A stretch of 64,000 nt of DNA from Lytechinus pictus (GCF_037042905.1 NC_087250.1:24740001-24804000), one strand, 5' to 3'. Shown: positions 36,217-51,200, counted from the stretch's first letter. Translations and numbers: made by a program. The notes: generated by a model not told the origin, from the sequence alone.

Positions 36217-39200
36217 CTGCAAGATAGGAAGCGATGACGAAATATCTTAATAGTTAAGGAAATACATGCCCCTACTGACCTACCTGCATTTGTCTACTAT
36301 CTACATGATCTAAACGCAAATTAAGCCTTAGGGTAAGTTTTGGTTCATAATCACACCCCATATGAATCATTAGAGATCATTCCCTTCGGAGGTATCCCGG
36401 GGGGGGGGGGGGCGTCAAATGTATTGCTGTACACATGAGTGACCAAATTATTCATAAACACGCCCTAATCGAGTTTTTCTCTGTGCGCAAAATAAACCCT
36501 AAACAAGTTTTTCGCGGGCTTCATTTTCACAATTTGGCCCCTAAACGAGTTGTCGCCAGAATATGACCCGGGGGGGAAACATAACCTAAACACGTTTGGC
36601 TAGTCTTTTAAAAAAAGCTTTGGAAAAAAAACATACCCTAAAAACGTTTGACCCCGTGATTGACCATTGACCAGTCTTTTTCAAAACCACTTAAAAAAAA
36701 AAAAGTGTTTTTGATACCCTTAACAAGTGCACGCGCGGCCCGCGTCCAGGGCTGAAAAACACCCCTTTAACCTTCTTTTTTTTGGTCACGCACGTGTACA
36801 GCAATATATTTGACCGCCCCCCCCCCCCCCCCGGGGGGGGGGGCGCGTTTCCGTTTTACACCCTGGCGAAGGCAATCTCCGCAAAAATAGCTACAAAGCG
36901 ACTAGTGAAGAGTCTAAATTTGTTTACATTATCAGCTGGGCGCGCGATGCAAAAGTCCGAACCGAAGATATCTGCAGAATATGTGCAATGAATGCAACTG
37001 AGCTATACTATTGCAGCTGAGCTTAATGCTATATTGTAAAGATGGAAAGGAATAACGATGGTAGATATATTATATTCGACTGTGAACTAGATGGAGTTTG
37101 AATGATAATAGGAAATGTTTATTTTCCAACAAGGAACAAGGCAAATGAGCAAATAGATTTCCTGAAAAAAATCAAAATGTTTTATCTCAGTCATGTATAG
37201 GTGGTGATTTTAATATGATATTAAATGATAAATTAGATCATATCGGGTCAACTATACAGGTGAAATCTAGATTTAATACAGAATTTTTGGAGTTCATGGA
37301 CAAATTTCAATTAATAGATATTTGGAGGAAAAGATATTCAGGAAAACAACAGTTTACTTTCAGACAGAAGACACCACCTATTCAAAGTAGGCTAGATTAT
37401 TGGATAATATCAGGAGAAGTTGAAACATTGGTGTTGGAATATGACATTTTACCGTCTATAGCTCCAGACCATCATCTGGAATCTTGCTTAAAGGTCAAGT
37501 CCACCCCAGAAAATGTTGATTTGAATGGATAGAGGATAATCAAACTAACATAACCCTGAAAATTTAATCAAAATCGGATGTAAAATAAGAAAGTTATGAC
37601 ATTCTAAAGTTTCGCTTATTTTTTACAAAATAGTGATATGCACAACCCATGCAATGACATGCAAAAATTAATGAGAGAGTTGATGCTGTCCCTCACTCAC
37701 AATTTCTTTTGTTTTTAATTGTTTGAATTATACAATATTTCCTATTTTACAAATTTGACAATATGGAACAACATCACTAAACCATATAGTATTAAACAAT
37801 ACTAATTCCACATGTTCAGAGAGGAATCAATCGTTGTTTCACTTGACAATGAGGAGAAAATTAGAATATTTCATGTTTTATATAATAAAATACAAAAGAA
37901 ATAGTGAGTGAATTACGTCATCAGTATCCTCATTTGCATACCGACCAGGATGTGCATATAACTGTTTTGTGAAATCAAGCGAAACTTTAAAATGTCATAA
38001 CTTTCTTATTTTACATCCGATTTTGATGACATTTTCAGTGTCATGTTTGTTGGATTTCTCTTTTTATTCAAATTAACTTTTTGTTGGGGTGGACCTGTCC
38101 TTTAAGTGAAGCGAGGTCCTTCATACTGGAAATTCAATAACAGTCTATGTTATATGATAAAGAATATGTTTCTGCTATGAAATGAGATTCTTGGAAAATG
38201 CAATACAGAAATGTCTTTTCTAATTACTCATTGCATTGGGGCTTTATTGAATAAAAAATTAGAGAGTATACTCGAAAATATTCTAAAGAAAAGGCATGAG
38301 AAAGAAATAAGCAAAAGCTGATTTTAGAGCCCAAAAAGAAAGATTTAGAACAGCAAATTGCTGTGAATAACTCTGATGTTTTGCGGAAAAATTTGGAGGA
38401 AAAAAGAGAACTCCTTAAGAAGTTATTTGACTTTGGCCTTGATGGTCTCAAAGTAAGGTCACGTGCGGCCTGGAGTGAAAAAGAAGAAAAGAATTTTGCA
38501 TTTTTTCAACAACTTGTGTTATCAAACAAACGTAAATCTGAGATTCATAAATTCATATAGGTGAAGATAATCAGATACATAGCGAAAAAGGAGAAATTTT
38601 AAAAATCATCAAATTATTCTACAGTTCCTTATATTCTTGTAAGGGAGTTTGCAATGATGTTGAAAATTTACTGGAAAAAATCCCTTTCCTCCAAGGTATA
38701 TTACTAAATTATCAGAAGACAATAAAAATAACTGTGAGGGTAAATTAAGCAAAAGTGAATATTTTGAGGCTTCGAAAAGCATGCCACTTAATAGGCTCGG
38801 TGTAAAAATGTCAGAGGTAAAAATGGCAAAGGTAAAAATGGCAAAGGTAAAAATGGCAAAGGTAAATATGGCAGAGGTAAAAATGGCAAAGGTAATAATG
38901 GCAGAGGTAAAAATGACAGATATATAAATGGTCAGTCTTAAACCCCCATGCCGAAAATCCAGAAGCCCTTCCATGCATACAGTAGATTAGAATAAGAACG
39001 GTTCTGAGAAGAGAATTGGAATTATAATGTTTGACTAATGGAAAGGGAAACATTTTTAAATGATACTGTAGATCTTCTGCACCAAATTGATAACACTTGA
39101 GTTGGTATTTCTTATATTTTCCTGGACTTACATGCACGGCCTTCTCATGTTAAATTGCTCTTCTAATATTCATATTTGAAGCACACTTTGGATCCCAAGT

Positions 39201-42200
39201 ATTATACTTAATTCATTACAGGGGAAATTCACACTTACAAAGTTTATTGTAGAAATAGCAGCAACTAATTAAACTGATATTGGTGGGGGTTTTAGGGAAT
39301 CCATCAAATATTTAAAAAGCTATTAGAATTTTACATTTTAACGGCGACGTCATTTGCGAGCAGTTTTTCTCACATATGGTGTAATGAAAAATAAGAATGA
39401 AATATCATTTTCTAAAAAAAATAATAAAATGGTTTTTATTGTACCCTAAGTATATCAACATACAAATCATTTCACATCCGCTCCTGAAATAATTTTTTGG
39501 GCAATCATGAACCACTGATTAAAAAATTGAAAAGTGTTGGTGCATAAAATACGGGGCAGCTGCTAGTATATGACCTCTGTCAATTTAACCTCTGCCATTT
39601 TTACCTCTGCCCATTTTACCTCTGCCATTTTTACCTCTGCCATATTTACCTCTGCCATTTTGACCTCTGCCATTTTGACCTCTGCCATTTTGACCTCTGC
39701 CATTTTGACCTCTGCCATTATTACCTCTGCCATTATTACCTCTGCCATTTTTACCTCTGCCATTTTTACCTTTGCCATTTTTACCTCTGCCATTTTTACC
39801 TCTGCCATTTTTACCCGGCACCACTTAATAAAGCCCCAGGTAATGATGGTTTAACCACAGAATTCTACTCCATTTTTTGGTGTGTAATTGATGACCTATT
39901 GGTTGATTGTTTAAATGAAGCTTTTGAAATAGGTGAATTGTCTGCATCACAGAAACAAGGAGGAATCACTCTAAATTAAAAAGTAGGTAAAAACCCTCTA
40001 TACATTAAAAACTATAAACCTATTACATTATTAAACACCGATTATAAGATCCTCACCAATTAAAGAGATTCTCCCCAAAATTATACAGGTTGACCAGGTT
40101 TATGGGTAATTAATAATCGAAATAAAGGCGAAGCAGTTCGTTTTATTGATGATATTTTGTTTCAGGCTTTGAATAAAAATATAAAAGGCTATTTATTAGC
40201 GGTGGATTTTGAAAAAGCATTTGACTCTGTATCGCATGAGTTTATATACAAAAGGTATTAGAGATGTTTGGATTTGGTGTATCTTTTAGAAAGTGGATCA
40301 AAACTTTGTATAGTGGGGCATGTAGTTGTGTTATGAATGGTGGCTTCACAACTGGTTATTGTGGTATACAGAGGGGAGTAAGACAGGGAGATCCCCTCTC
40401 GCCTTACATTTTATATTATCTATTGAATTTTGTCAAATGTTATAAGAAATGATACAGGGGTTAGAGGTATTTTATTGGCTCAGAATGAAGTCAAACAAGT
40501 GCTGTATGCTGATGATGTATCGCCGAGATGAACGGTCCTTAGAAAGACTTGAATTACTTTTGATGTTTTTGGTAAATTAAGTGGTCTCATATTGAACAAG
40601 GATAAAACAAATTTAATGAAATTAGGAACTAGTACAAACCAGGACTCTGTCCCAAAAGGATGGAATATGGTTAATGTAGTGAAAATGTGGGGAATATATT
40701 TTACCATGGATGTGAAGGTCAAAGAAGAAATGAACTACAAAGAAATATTAAGCAAAATAAAAAAGTTATTGAGTTGGTGGAAGCAAAGAGATTTGACTAT
40801 ATTAGGGAAAATTCATCTTCTAAAAACTTATGCACTTTCAAAACTGATTTATGTCTCATCTTTGATTGTGGTCCCGAAGTTCTATGTGGAAATAGAAAGA
40901 ATCACATTCGAATTTATTTGGAATGGACAAGATAAAATTAAAAAGAAACACAATGTATCAAAACTATGAAAATGGAGGTTTTTATTAAAGTACAACGTGT
41001 AATGTGGATGAAAAGATTAATATATTGTAACAATCAAATGAAATGGAAAACGCTGTTCAATATTTTATGTAAATCAATTGGTGGTGTGTTCATTTTTCAA
41101 TGTAATCATAATACCGCCAAGATCAAAGCAAGGTTACCAACATGTTGAAATGTTAAGAGTTTGGCAAGGAATGGAAGAATGTAGGACAAAGGAGAATGAT
41201 TGTGTTTCAAACACTATAATATTTAATAACAAACATGTATGTATATTATACATGATATATTGATAGCAAAATGGTATTTGATATAGAACTCTATATACTC
41301 ATAACATATATAAACTTATTCATTTGATTGATGGAAACGGCCACTTAAGGCCAGTATCTTACTTTTCAAACTGCGGTTTGGACTTTAATAATATTTTAAA
41401 AATATATGGTATTAAGATGCTCTGCCAATTGGATGGAAATGTTAATTCAGGCTTAATCCATTACAAAGTAATCAGTCCCATGACGACCATATCTCTTTAG
41501 AACTATTGCGAAGAAATGTAATTCTAGACAAGATCTGTTTAAAGCAATTATATTTTATTAACGGTTTAAAAAAGACGGATGACATGCATAAAATCAATCA
41601 CATTTTTTCAGGTTTAACAGTAAAACAAATTCGGCATATTTTCATGAGACCGCGTTTTTCTACCGTGCATTGTATAGTGAAGTTCAGTTTAAACAGCTGC
41701 ACGGGGTTATTATTTACACAAATGATAAACTTCATACAATAGGTTATATTTCATCTAATAATTTTTTGTTTTGTTACCAAGAAGTTGAAACTCTTGATCA
41801 CTTATTTAAAAGTTGCCCAAATGTTCAAGCACTTTGGAAAAATATTGGACATGAATTAAGGTTAAAGGAATTGGAGAATCTCTCCATGGAAGACACTTTG
41901 TTAGGGATTGATGGAAGTTCAAATAGGATAAAATGTTTAAATACAGTAATTTTAATAGTTAAAAAGGAGATTTATTCTGCAAGGCAGGAAGCTGTTTTGC
42001 CACCTGTTGGAACCATAATAAAACCTTATAGAAAATATAGAAAAGAGGAATATAAGATTGCACAAGAGAGGAATTAATACATTGGCAATACATATCCAGA
42101 GATGGGAACAGGTTGATTTAGAGTAAGGAATGGATGCGTATATTTCATTTTTATTATTACTTTTTTTTTCTATTTTTTATTATTAAACAATGTTTTGTAA

Positions 42201-45200
42201 TAGTCTTATGTGTGATCAAATGTTACCTTTAATAATTATTTGCAATATTTATTTCGTCTTGTAATGTTTTGTGATACATGTATGATATGTTTGATTATAA
42301 ATATATTGAAATAAAAAATTGTTTCAAAAAAATAATATACAGGTTCAACACGAATGTTTGCCTTGATCATTATTTTGCTTTAGCCGAATTTCTGGTAATT
42401 TGCCCTCTCACTATAATGGAAGAAGAGGATGACATTCCATCACCGTTGTTGGTCGCCGTCGTAGTCGTAGTCGTCATATCCACGTAGTTGTTAATGTAGT
42501 TATACTTTTTATCATGATTATAGTATTAGTAGTATACTTTATTATCATGAGCATCATTTTGAAACTGTTATAAGATTGTTAATTATAAATTGCATAGTTT
42601 GTTATCAATATTATTATTATTATCATTACTATTATTATTATCACTATTACTATTATTATCAATATTATCATTATTATTGTTAGCGTCATTGTTATGAACA
42701 GTATTAGTAGTAGTAGTAGTAGTGGTGGTAGTAGTAGTAGTAGTATAGTATTAATTATTATTACATTTTTTGTTCTTCTTAGTTCTTCTCCGGCCTTCTT
42801 CTTCTTCTTATCATCATCACTGTATCATTATTACATGTATTATTATTATTAGTGAGTAGTAGTAGCTATAGAACTAGTATATTTTAATTCATCGTTTAGA
42901 ATCATTTTGGAACAATAAAGTGTGGAAACAACTGGACTTTTACATGATGTAGATTCTCCCCCTTCTCCGTTTTGTACTATTGTCTTATCATTATTATTAC
43001 CGCTTACTAAATTAATTTTGGCTATTGCTCGAATTCTAGGTTTTTCACCTCCTTGTGTATACAAACGCCACTGCAAAACATGTTCGGATTTAATTCATAT
43101 GACTGCTCTCTGTGTACATGAAGGGCCGTGTAGGCGCTGAATAGTAGATTGCATGCGGTGGTGTGGGGAGACTCGCCAGTGTCTGACGCTCATGTCTAAC
43201 CAGCGACGTGTGTAGACTCTTCACTAGTCGCTTTGTAGCTATTTTTGCGGAGATTGCCTTCGCCAGGGTGTAAAATGGAAACGCGCCCCCGGGGGGAGGT
43301 ATATTGCATATCTTTGCAAAGTAGATTGATCAGCTGGAAACAAGAAATAATTCTTACACTCTAGATTCCATGATTTACATTGAATCCATGTTATCATTAA
43401 AATTATGGGAATACTAGGGGGGAAATATCAATGATTGTGTATACGTACGTGGGGGAGATGGCATAGTCTGGTTCAGCTGGTATGAGAGAAGTAAATGAGA
43501 ATATAAGAATAAAACGAACAAAAGTAAAGAATTGTTATAAAATGTACATTGGAATCTCTCTGATCCGCATCAGTGACGGCGTGTTAAACTCAACTTCAAA
43601 TTTATTTAAAGCATTCAAACAAGAGATATATTACACAGTTTAACACAAAATAATAAGACATGGTAGCTTTGGGACCTCATAGTAGCGCTTGTGAAGGGGC
43701 CCCTTACATAGAACATTAGAACAAGAATATGATGAAAAATATTTACAATGATAATATAGAGAGTAAATACAAAAAATACACATACACACACACACACATG
43801 GTTTATCAAGATTCAATTCAAGATATTTTGTAATCTCTGAAATAAATATTTACGAGATGAATTTTTTAATATAGGTAGTGTTGGACTTGATCTGATGCTT
43901 TGTGGTAACTTATTCCATACAAACTATTACAAAAGAATTCAAAGCAGTCTTTGTTCTTGCCAGTGGTTGGTGAATAAGATTTTCCTGGCGCGTATAATTG
44001 TACATAATATTATGGACCTTTGAGTTAACAACAAAGGCATATTTTAAAAGGGAACAGTTTTGTGATGATTGTTAAAATACTAAGAAGCATGACGTCATAA
44101 TTATGTCTTGGTTGAATAAATTTCTTCCCCCCCCCCCCTCTTTTCCCTCATTATTTTGTTGTGGGTTCCCTTTCATTTTTTCTTCTTCCACTACTTGAAA
44201 TATAAACAGGGGCAGTCTCCAATGATGTTATATAAACAATTTCACTAATTTCAATTGTGTTTGCTATCTATCTATAGGCTTACAAATGGAACGCCTTTGG
44301 CATTATCACATGAATTATACGATTCAATATAGCAGCAGATAAATAATTATTCATACATAAAATAAGTTCATTGACTTTTAACCTTAACCATGTGACCACA
44401 ATCTAAATTCCAAGGATTTAAAATAAATCCAGATCGGCTATAAATATTGACCAGCCAAATATTAGATTTTATTAGATTTAAACCATTAGGATTTAAACAT
44501 AAAGCTAAAAGATTTGATTATAATTCATGTGAGATTTAAAAGTTAATCCTAAAGATTAAAAATAGATCCAAAATTTGGCTGGTCACCGTTCACAGCCGAT
44601 CTGGATTTATTTTAAATTCTTGGAATTTAGAGGGCATGTTTACTTTTTGAAAAGTTTTTTTTTTTGTTTAACTGAAACTCTTGCTGGATTGGGGTTTCAT
44701 TGACATCGGTAATAAGACTTTCAAACATATACCTTCTTTAGAGATTGTAATTTGATGTTCTGTGAGCACTGATGCACCCTGGTTAATACGAAGACATGCT
44801 TTAACTTTTCTCTCATTTGCTGTAGAGGGCGGTAGATCAAAGGTGCAGGAATGGCATCCTCCGACGAGCAGGCAATGAACAGGAACCTATAAAAAGAAAT
44901 ATATTCTGACTTTATTGCACTATGTAATGTTTGTATGTTTTTTTTTCTGGTGTATGGGCACGGCCCTGGCAAGCAGAGGTGCTGAAGCACCCCAAACAAT
45001 TCCTTGTGAGGGCTGCATTATTATTCTCTATAGGCAGCGCTCCCAGGCATTCTTGAATATGGCTTGCGCCTCGGAATAGTTTGCTAGATAGATGGCGCGT
45101 GATAAATGCTGTGTTTATTGTTAAAATTGAAAAAAAAAATTACGTAACCAAATTACCTTGTATTTTGTATTGAAACTTTCTATTTTTTATTTATTTAGTT

Positions 45201-48200
45201 ATTTTTTGCGTCTTGAATTTCTCGGGACAAATTTAATTTACATTTTGGAGTTAAAACTCTTCTTTCTTGTTTTTAAATTTACATCAGCACCTCCAGTAAA
45301 AAAAAATAAAAAATCCTTCACAGGGCCGTGTGAGCAGGATGTCACGTCAAACACACACATTCGCACGCACCATACGCGCACGCTATTACTCAAACGATAA
45401 CAGACATCGGTGAATTTGTGTCTGACCTACTGAACGTAATACAAATAAATCTAGATTTACCTCATGAAAAAGAAATATATATATATTACCCAATAGACCA
45501 GTCGGATCTACTTCAAAAACTGTTATTAAGTAAAGGATTCTTACCGTTTCATGGCCCGTCTGTAAGTCTGACAGACACCAAAGCTTGATTTCATCTTCCG
45601 ATGATTGAAGATTGAATTTGAAAACAGTCGTTTCTTGATATGACTCTTTTGACAGAGTCTCGTGACGTTTGCTGACGTCCTGCGCAAAAAATAATCCGAG
45701 GATATTTAGAAAGAAAATGTTCGCTCAATATAGCAATAACCTATAGGCATACACATCGTGAATATTCAGGCAGCATTGCAGCAATACATATTTAATTCTT
45801 TTTACCTAGTAATGTATACTTGACATTAACTAACACACTGATATACCCAATATGACACGAAGCAAAAATGAGGGAATATATTTTTTGTCCATTCACTTGG
45901 CGTCTTATGAGTTAAGGGACAAGGTAAAGGATATACGTACTGTAAGGTATTCGCTGTAGGGGTGAGCGACACGAACACAGAGTCTCGGTATTTGGGAACA
46001 GTAAGTATGAAACACCGTACATGTGAATTGAACACCATGGACATTTGTTGATGACAATGCACATAACTGAAGATGACACGTAGAAAACTCAATCTTGTCT
46101 TCCGTGATCTTGAAACTCGATGTCTGTGGGGCTAAAGTCCTGTATCCAAATGTACCTACATGGACGAAAGAAAGTAACGCACATTGTCAATGTCTTTCCC
46201 GCCACCAAATCTCTTATTCCTGCATTCATTACATAAATCCTACATCGGGAATGTAGATTTTAAAAACACATATGGCCACAGGACATTGTGTATCGCAGGT
46301 AGCCAGGTAGTAATACTCGTGAAGTTTGAAGCGATGAATAGCACATGTAGTTAGGCCCTCACAATTTTTTTTAAATGTAATTACAGATTAAAGATTGTGT
46401 TATCATTTTGCTCATGGACGACAATATTGAGAGCCTGTGTCAATTTGACTAACACATTTTACACAATAGCTATAATATTAAATGCTTGACTGGTAAAATA
46501 GAGTTTGATTGTCTTATCTTTTCCAACGAAGGTACTTTTATGTGTAACGAACATTTACATTAGAGTGAACATGCCATAGGTCGTCATACAATTTAGAAGT
46601 GTAGGTGGTCTATGGATACAAAGATACTCTCTCTCTCCTACACATTTTTAGTGTGTCTCGTCTCTCGATCGGCCAAACCAATCTCTCTCTCTTTCTTATG
46701 CTGGCTTGATTCTTTTGAAAATAGTAATTTTGCTGTTCGATAATAGGCCTATTTATCATATGCGTCTGTCATGTCTGAAGGGGAAATTATAAATAAAAAA
46801 ATACGAGACATCGGATGAGTATATAGAAATAATTGTACCTGGTTTTAATTTGGTATAAAATTTAAAGCACACCACATCTTTATCCCCTTCACATCGCTCT
46901 GAAGTGACGCAGTAAGGAAGAGAAATAGAAGCAGGTTTGAGAAGTTCTTCAAAGAACGAACATTGGATGATTGGTGTTATGAGAATCTCTCCATTTCCCA
47001 TAGGGAACTTCGGTGAACTTCGTCTTGGAACGGTAAGGATAACAACTGATGCCATTCCTTTGGGGATTGCTCCTGGAGGGATGGATATTCTGATATCAGG
47101 TTCATCTAGCTTCAACTCACCACCATCATGACCAATCATCCCATGCGAATGGTGATCCAAGAAGCCTGGGTGGTGATCCATTGCTACGAGTAATAAAAGT
47201 AACGCACCAAACATGACAAAGTGACACGTTTTCATCAACATATATTTTCATCAATATATAACAGAAACACGTGAGCATCTGCTATAAAAAAAAAAGATCT
47301 AGTCAATATGTATTTGGATTTTGACGATCAGGAAGCGATCTAGGAGATCGGAGTATACACCCCCTCGATTTTCGAATATATAGGGCCATTGAGTGTGGGT
47401 AGTCCCACCCCCCCCCCCCCCCCCCCCTCCCGTAAATGGACCAAATCCCGCGAAACATCCGCCTCTGATCGTAAGGATAATAGAAGGCTATCTGGGAGGG
47501 GCGAAAGTTTAACTGATAATTTGCCAGACAATTATTTTCTGACACAAAATCACGATTTTTTTTTACTGGTTGAATTATTTTATGGGAATTTAATATCTAA
47601 GCCTACCTATTCCAATATTTTTGGCAGCATCGTTGAAATGGAAAGCATGGGCAATTTCGAGAAGCCTCTGCCTTCTTCCTCCCTGCTTGACCCATGTTTG
47701 TAGCATACAAAGAACGGCATTCTGTCGTATTAAGTTAGGTTCAAGTGTCAAAGACGAACACATCAGCCGAAGAATTTCAGATGCTGACTGGTCAAGCCGT
47801 TGGGAGAGGACAAGAAGATCTGGAGTTGTAAAAATCTCCTTAGAGATTTCTTCAAGACCTTAAGAATGAATGGAAACACGAGCATGCCCATATTGATGAT
47901 TTTTTTTTAATGATATTTAAAGCTAAAAACATTATACGATCAGGGACAGGTTCTTATTAACCATTAGTATTCAAATAAAAGTTAGTATCCAAATAATAGA
48001 GTACATGAACTATGTACTCATGAAGTGACTGGGTAAAATACCATTTCACAACCAAATAAGGATTTTCTCTTTTTTTGTTGAAAACTTTGAGTATCCTCAA
48101 ACACCACCAATAACGACTAATGAAAATATCATTGTATGAAAAGTGCAATACATCATGCTCATCAATTTTTGCCACCTTTTTTTTAAAACAAATCACTTAT

Positions 48201-51200
48201 CAAAACGCAACTGATATAAGATTGGTTAATAAGCCGAAGAAAATTGTCTACACAATTAGGAAACACTATTACATTAACATGAAAGGTGGTCTAATTACCT
48301 TTACTGCCGTCCTGGATGTTGTAATCATGAAGAATCTTTGTTATCTTCTTTTCCCTTTCATTGCTTTCTAAACGTTTTCTCCATCTATTGAGGAGTTGCC
48401 TTGCTAGTTTCTTCATTGGTGCAGGGTTAGACGGAGTTATACAACCCACTATGTCTTCGTCATCTACGCGTAGAGCTTTACCCAATTCCCACGCCAAAGA
48501 CAGACTCGTTATCGGTAGAGCGACGCTGCACAATTCCCAAGTAGTCGGTGAACCTCCACATTGGTCCTTATCATCACCGGCCTCCTCTACATCTAGGATT
48601 GCTATTTATAATATCAAGTCAAAGATGATTTTTTTTTCTCCGAGAATATATCTTTCAGTTACGTATTTTTCTTGAAAATTATTCTCCAGTTCGTTCCTAT
48701 TCTTTCGTGATATTGTTTTCTCTCTCTCTTGAATCCTAATAACGTAATTATGATGATTATCACTTATCATTACCATCATCGTCATAAGTTAACACCCATT
48801 ATTTACCTACATGAATATCCCTCCACCCCTGTATATCTCCCCCCCCCCCTTCTCTCTCTTTGTGTACGTAGGCATGCGGGATGAGGTTGGGAAATAAAAC
48901 ATACTTGACTCTGCATATCTGATGACCTCCAAGACTTCAGGCTCATTGCACTCATTCCCATCTGTCATTTGTTCATGAAAGGTCTCGTCGTCATCTATAA
49001 CACCATATTCTTCGTCGTCGTTGTCGTCGTAGTGGTCAATGTCCTTCTCCTCCATATTTTCTTCCCCATGGTGGTGATCGTCGTGCTCATGTTCTTTCGA
49101 TTCTTCTCCTCGTTTTCCTCCTGTAGGAGCATTATATACATGGAATAAAATATTTTATTGTTGCTTGCATTATGATCAACACACAACGACATAATAAATG
49201 TTGAATGACATTGTTGATAACAATGATTCTTAGCATAGATTATTACCAGGAAAGAGAATTAAATTCCCTTTGCAAGGGCCACTCAATAAATAGTTTGATT
49301 GCTTTGGAACATGGGCATTGTTTTCTGGAGTGTTGGACGATAACGTAATTACCATTTTCAGGAAATAAAAAAAAATATCCAAATTTTAAGTCAATGTATG
49401 AATAATAATGTAGCATTTGCAATAATTACTACAATATTTAAGATAAAAACGGAAATTAATTATTGAGGAAAAGGGTATGTCCTAAGGAAAGATTTGAAGC
49501 CGAGAACACTGGAAGCATTTCTTATTGAAAGAGGGATAGCATTCCAAGTCTTGGCAGCTGCTACAGCAAAACTTTTTTCGGCAGAGGAGAGTTTTGACAA
49601 GGGAATGCAAAGTCTGCATGTGTCAGTGATTGAACGAAGATTACGAGAGGGTGTGTATAATTTGATGGTATTATTAAGATTAATTAATTGATTATTAAGA
49701 TTAATGTTAAATTATTATTTATAAATTGTACGCGCTATGGTACTTTTTGTTTTTAAGCGCCTCTAAATATCCATTATTGTATTATTATTAATTTTAAGTC
49801 AGGAAAATTGAAGAGAATTTAACAAAAATTAGATGTAAAAGAAATATGTATTTTCAATTCCCTCAACGATTATTAAAAATATCTTTGAAGACAGATTTTA
49901 CAAACAGTTAAGAAAAAGACATTTCTGTTACAATCCAATGCTTTTGCCATGTATTGTTTGAGTTAACATAGAAAACAAATGTATGATTTCGTAGACGCCA
50001 ACCTTTTAAGTCATGTGCTTCAGAGGATCGATTTACAGACTCCCAAACCCTCTTTAATGTCTCCTTTGCCTCAGGTAATGATGTTTGGTCTGCTTTCCAG
50101 CTTGAGAGCATTTGGATGTTAGCGTCTTTCCTATTGTATAATGTCCTGTACTCGATGTGCTGTAGCTCTGATTTGTCAAATCCGAGTTTTTCGCCAATGT
50201 CGAAGAACTTCTCTGCGCTGATATGACGGGCAATTGCTAGCAGTGTGGTGTCAGGAATCTCCCTGTGAAATTACAGAAATATCACCAGAACATTTAATGT
50301 ATATTGAACCATAAATGAATATGATTTAAGTGATAGCATGGAGTGACTGCCTCTTGAAATGTGCATTAACTCAACGATACCACTTGAAGTTCTTTAAAAT
50401 TATGATACGATAGCCGACATATCTAGTAGATTTAGACATTCTATTCCAAACATGTTAAACGCTGATAATTGGTGATAACTTAAAAGTGATGGCAGGTAAT
50501 CATTAACTGATAAGTGATAATAGGATGTTACTAATTATTTTTTATGTTGGATTTGTGTGTTTTTATAGAATAGAATAATACATTAAATATACAAACTTAC
50601 TGAGTAGCTTCGATGTCTTGATGTAGGTAGCCAGACAAGTGACGCAGCAACAATTGGAACGAAAATGAAATAACAAGCATGAAAGGAATGAGAATTGAAT
50701 TCAAAATTGAAAAATAGATATACATAGGTTTGATATTAACGGTCTTGTGGTTATGCATTTTTTTTATTAGAGAATCATCAAGATATTACATAAATAATAC
50801 TCCACCTTAGATATGAGGTTTTGTGGATTTTGTCACGCAAAGCTGTATGAGGCTTTTCCAAATATCACCGTTTCATACAATATCAATAAATGATGAAATA
50901 TTCTTAATACATTAATGATCACTGATTATCAATCAACTTTGTTGAAGACTCTAATGAACTTATTGTAACAAAATGAAATGTTCATTTAATATTCAGCATG
51001 GTTTCGTAACAGTGAAGAGCGCAGTACAATGTTTGATCCATGTATATAGTTGCATAGGGGATTTCAGTAATCGTTCATGTAATCGATTGTGTAAAGTATT
51101 TTATTTAGAATATATTTCAAACCATTATTTGCTGAGAAATAACGATGTATGATGTGTGATTATGATAAGATAATCACTTTTAATTGTTCTTTACTGTTCG

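Larger units (their letters stand above)
37030..42335 (+). pseudogene. Decayed L1/Tx1-like LINE ORF2 (APE, RT, C-terminal zinc finger)
   Basis: GGDFN, SRLDYW, YWKFN, KAPGNDG, DFEKAFDSV, RQGDPLSP, YADD, CYQEVETLDHLFKSC; many stops and frameshifts; A-rich tail. Confidence 0.85.
36396..43294. mobile_element. Compound of two CCCGGG-bounded TIR elements (~36399-36832 and ~36833-43290)
   Basis: ~75-bp TIR GGCGCGTTTCC..GAAGAGTCTA at ~36842-36916 and 43213-43288. A separate TIR pair brackets 36399-36832. GGAGGTAT at 36388-36395 and 43295-43302. Confidence 0.7.

Noticed and set aside
39563..39854. AEVKM and TSAIF pentapeptide-repeat ORFs
   Set aside because: Same cause: 15-bp repeat arm of a TSD-flanked element.
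43295..43333. Candidate exon with a good acceptor next to the compound transposon
   Set aside because: No suitable GT donor, and stops appear in all frames of the reconstructed pre-insertion sequence; 43449-43476 fits instead.
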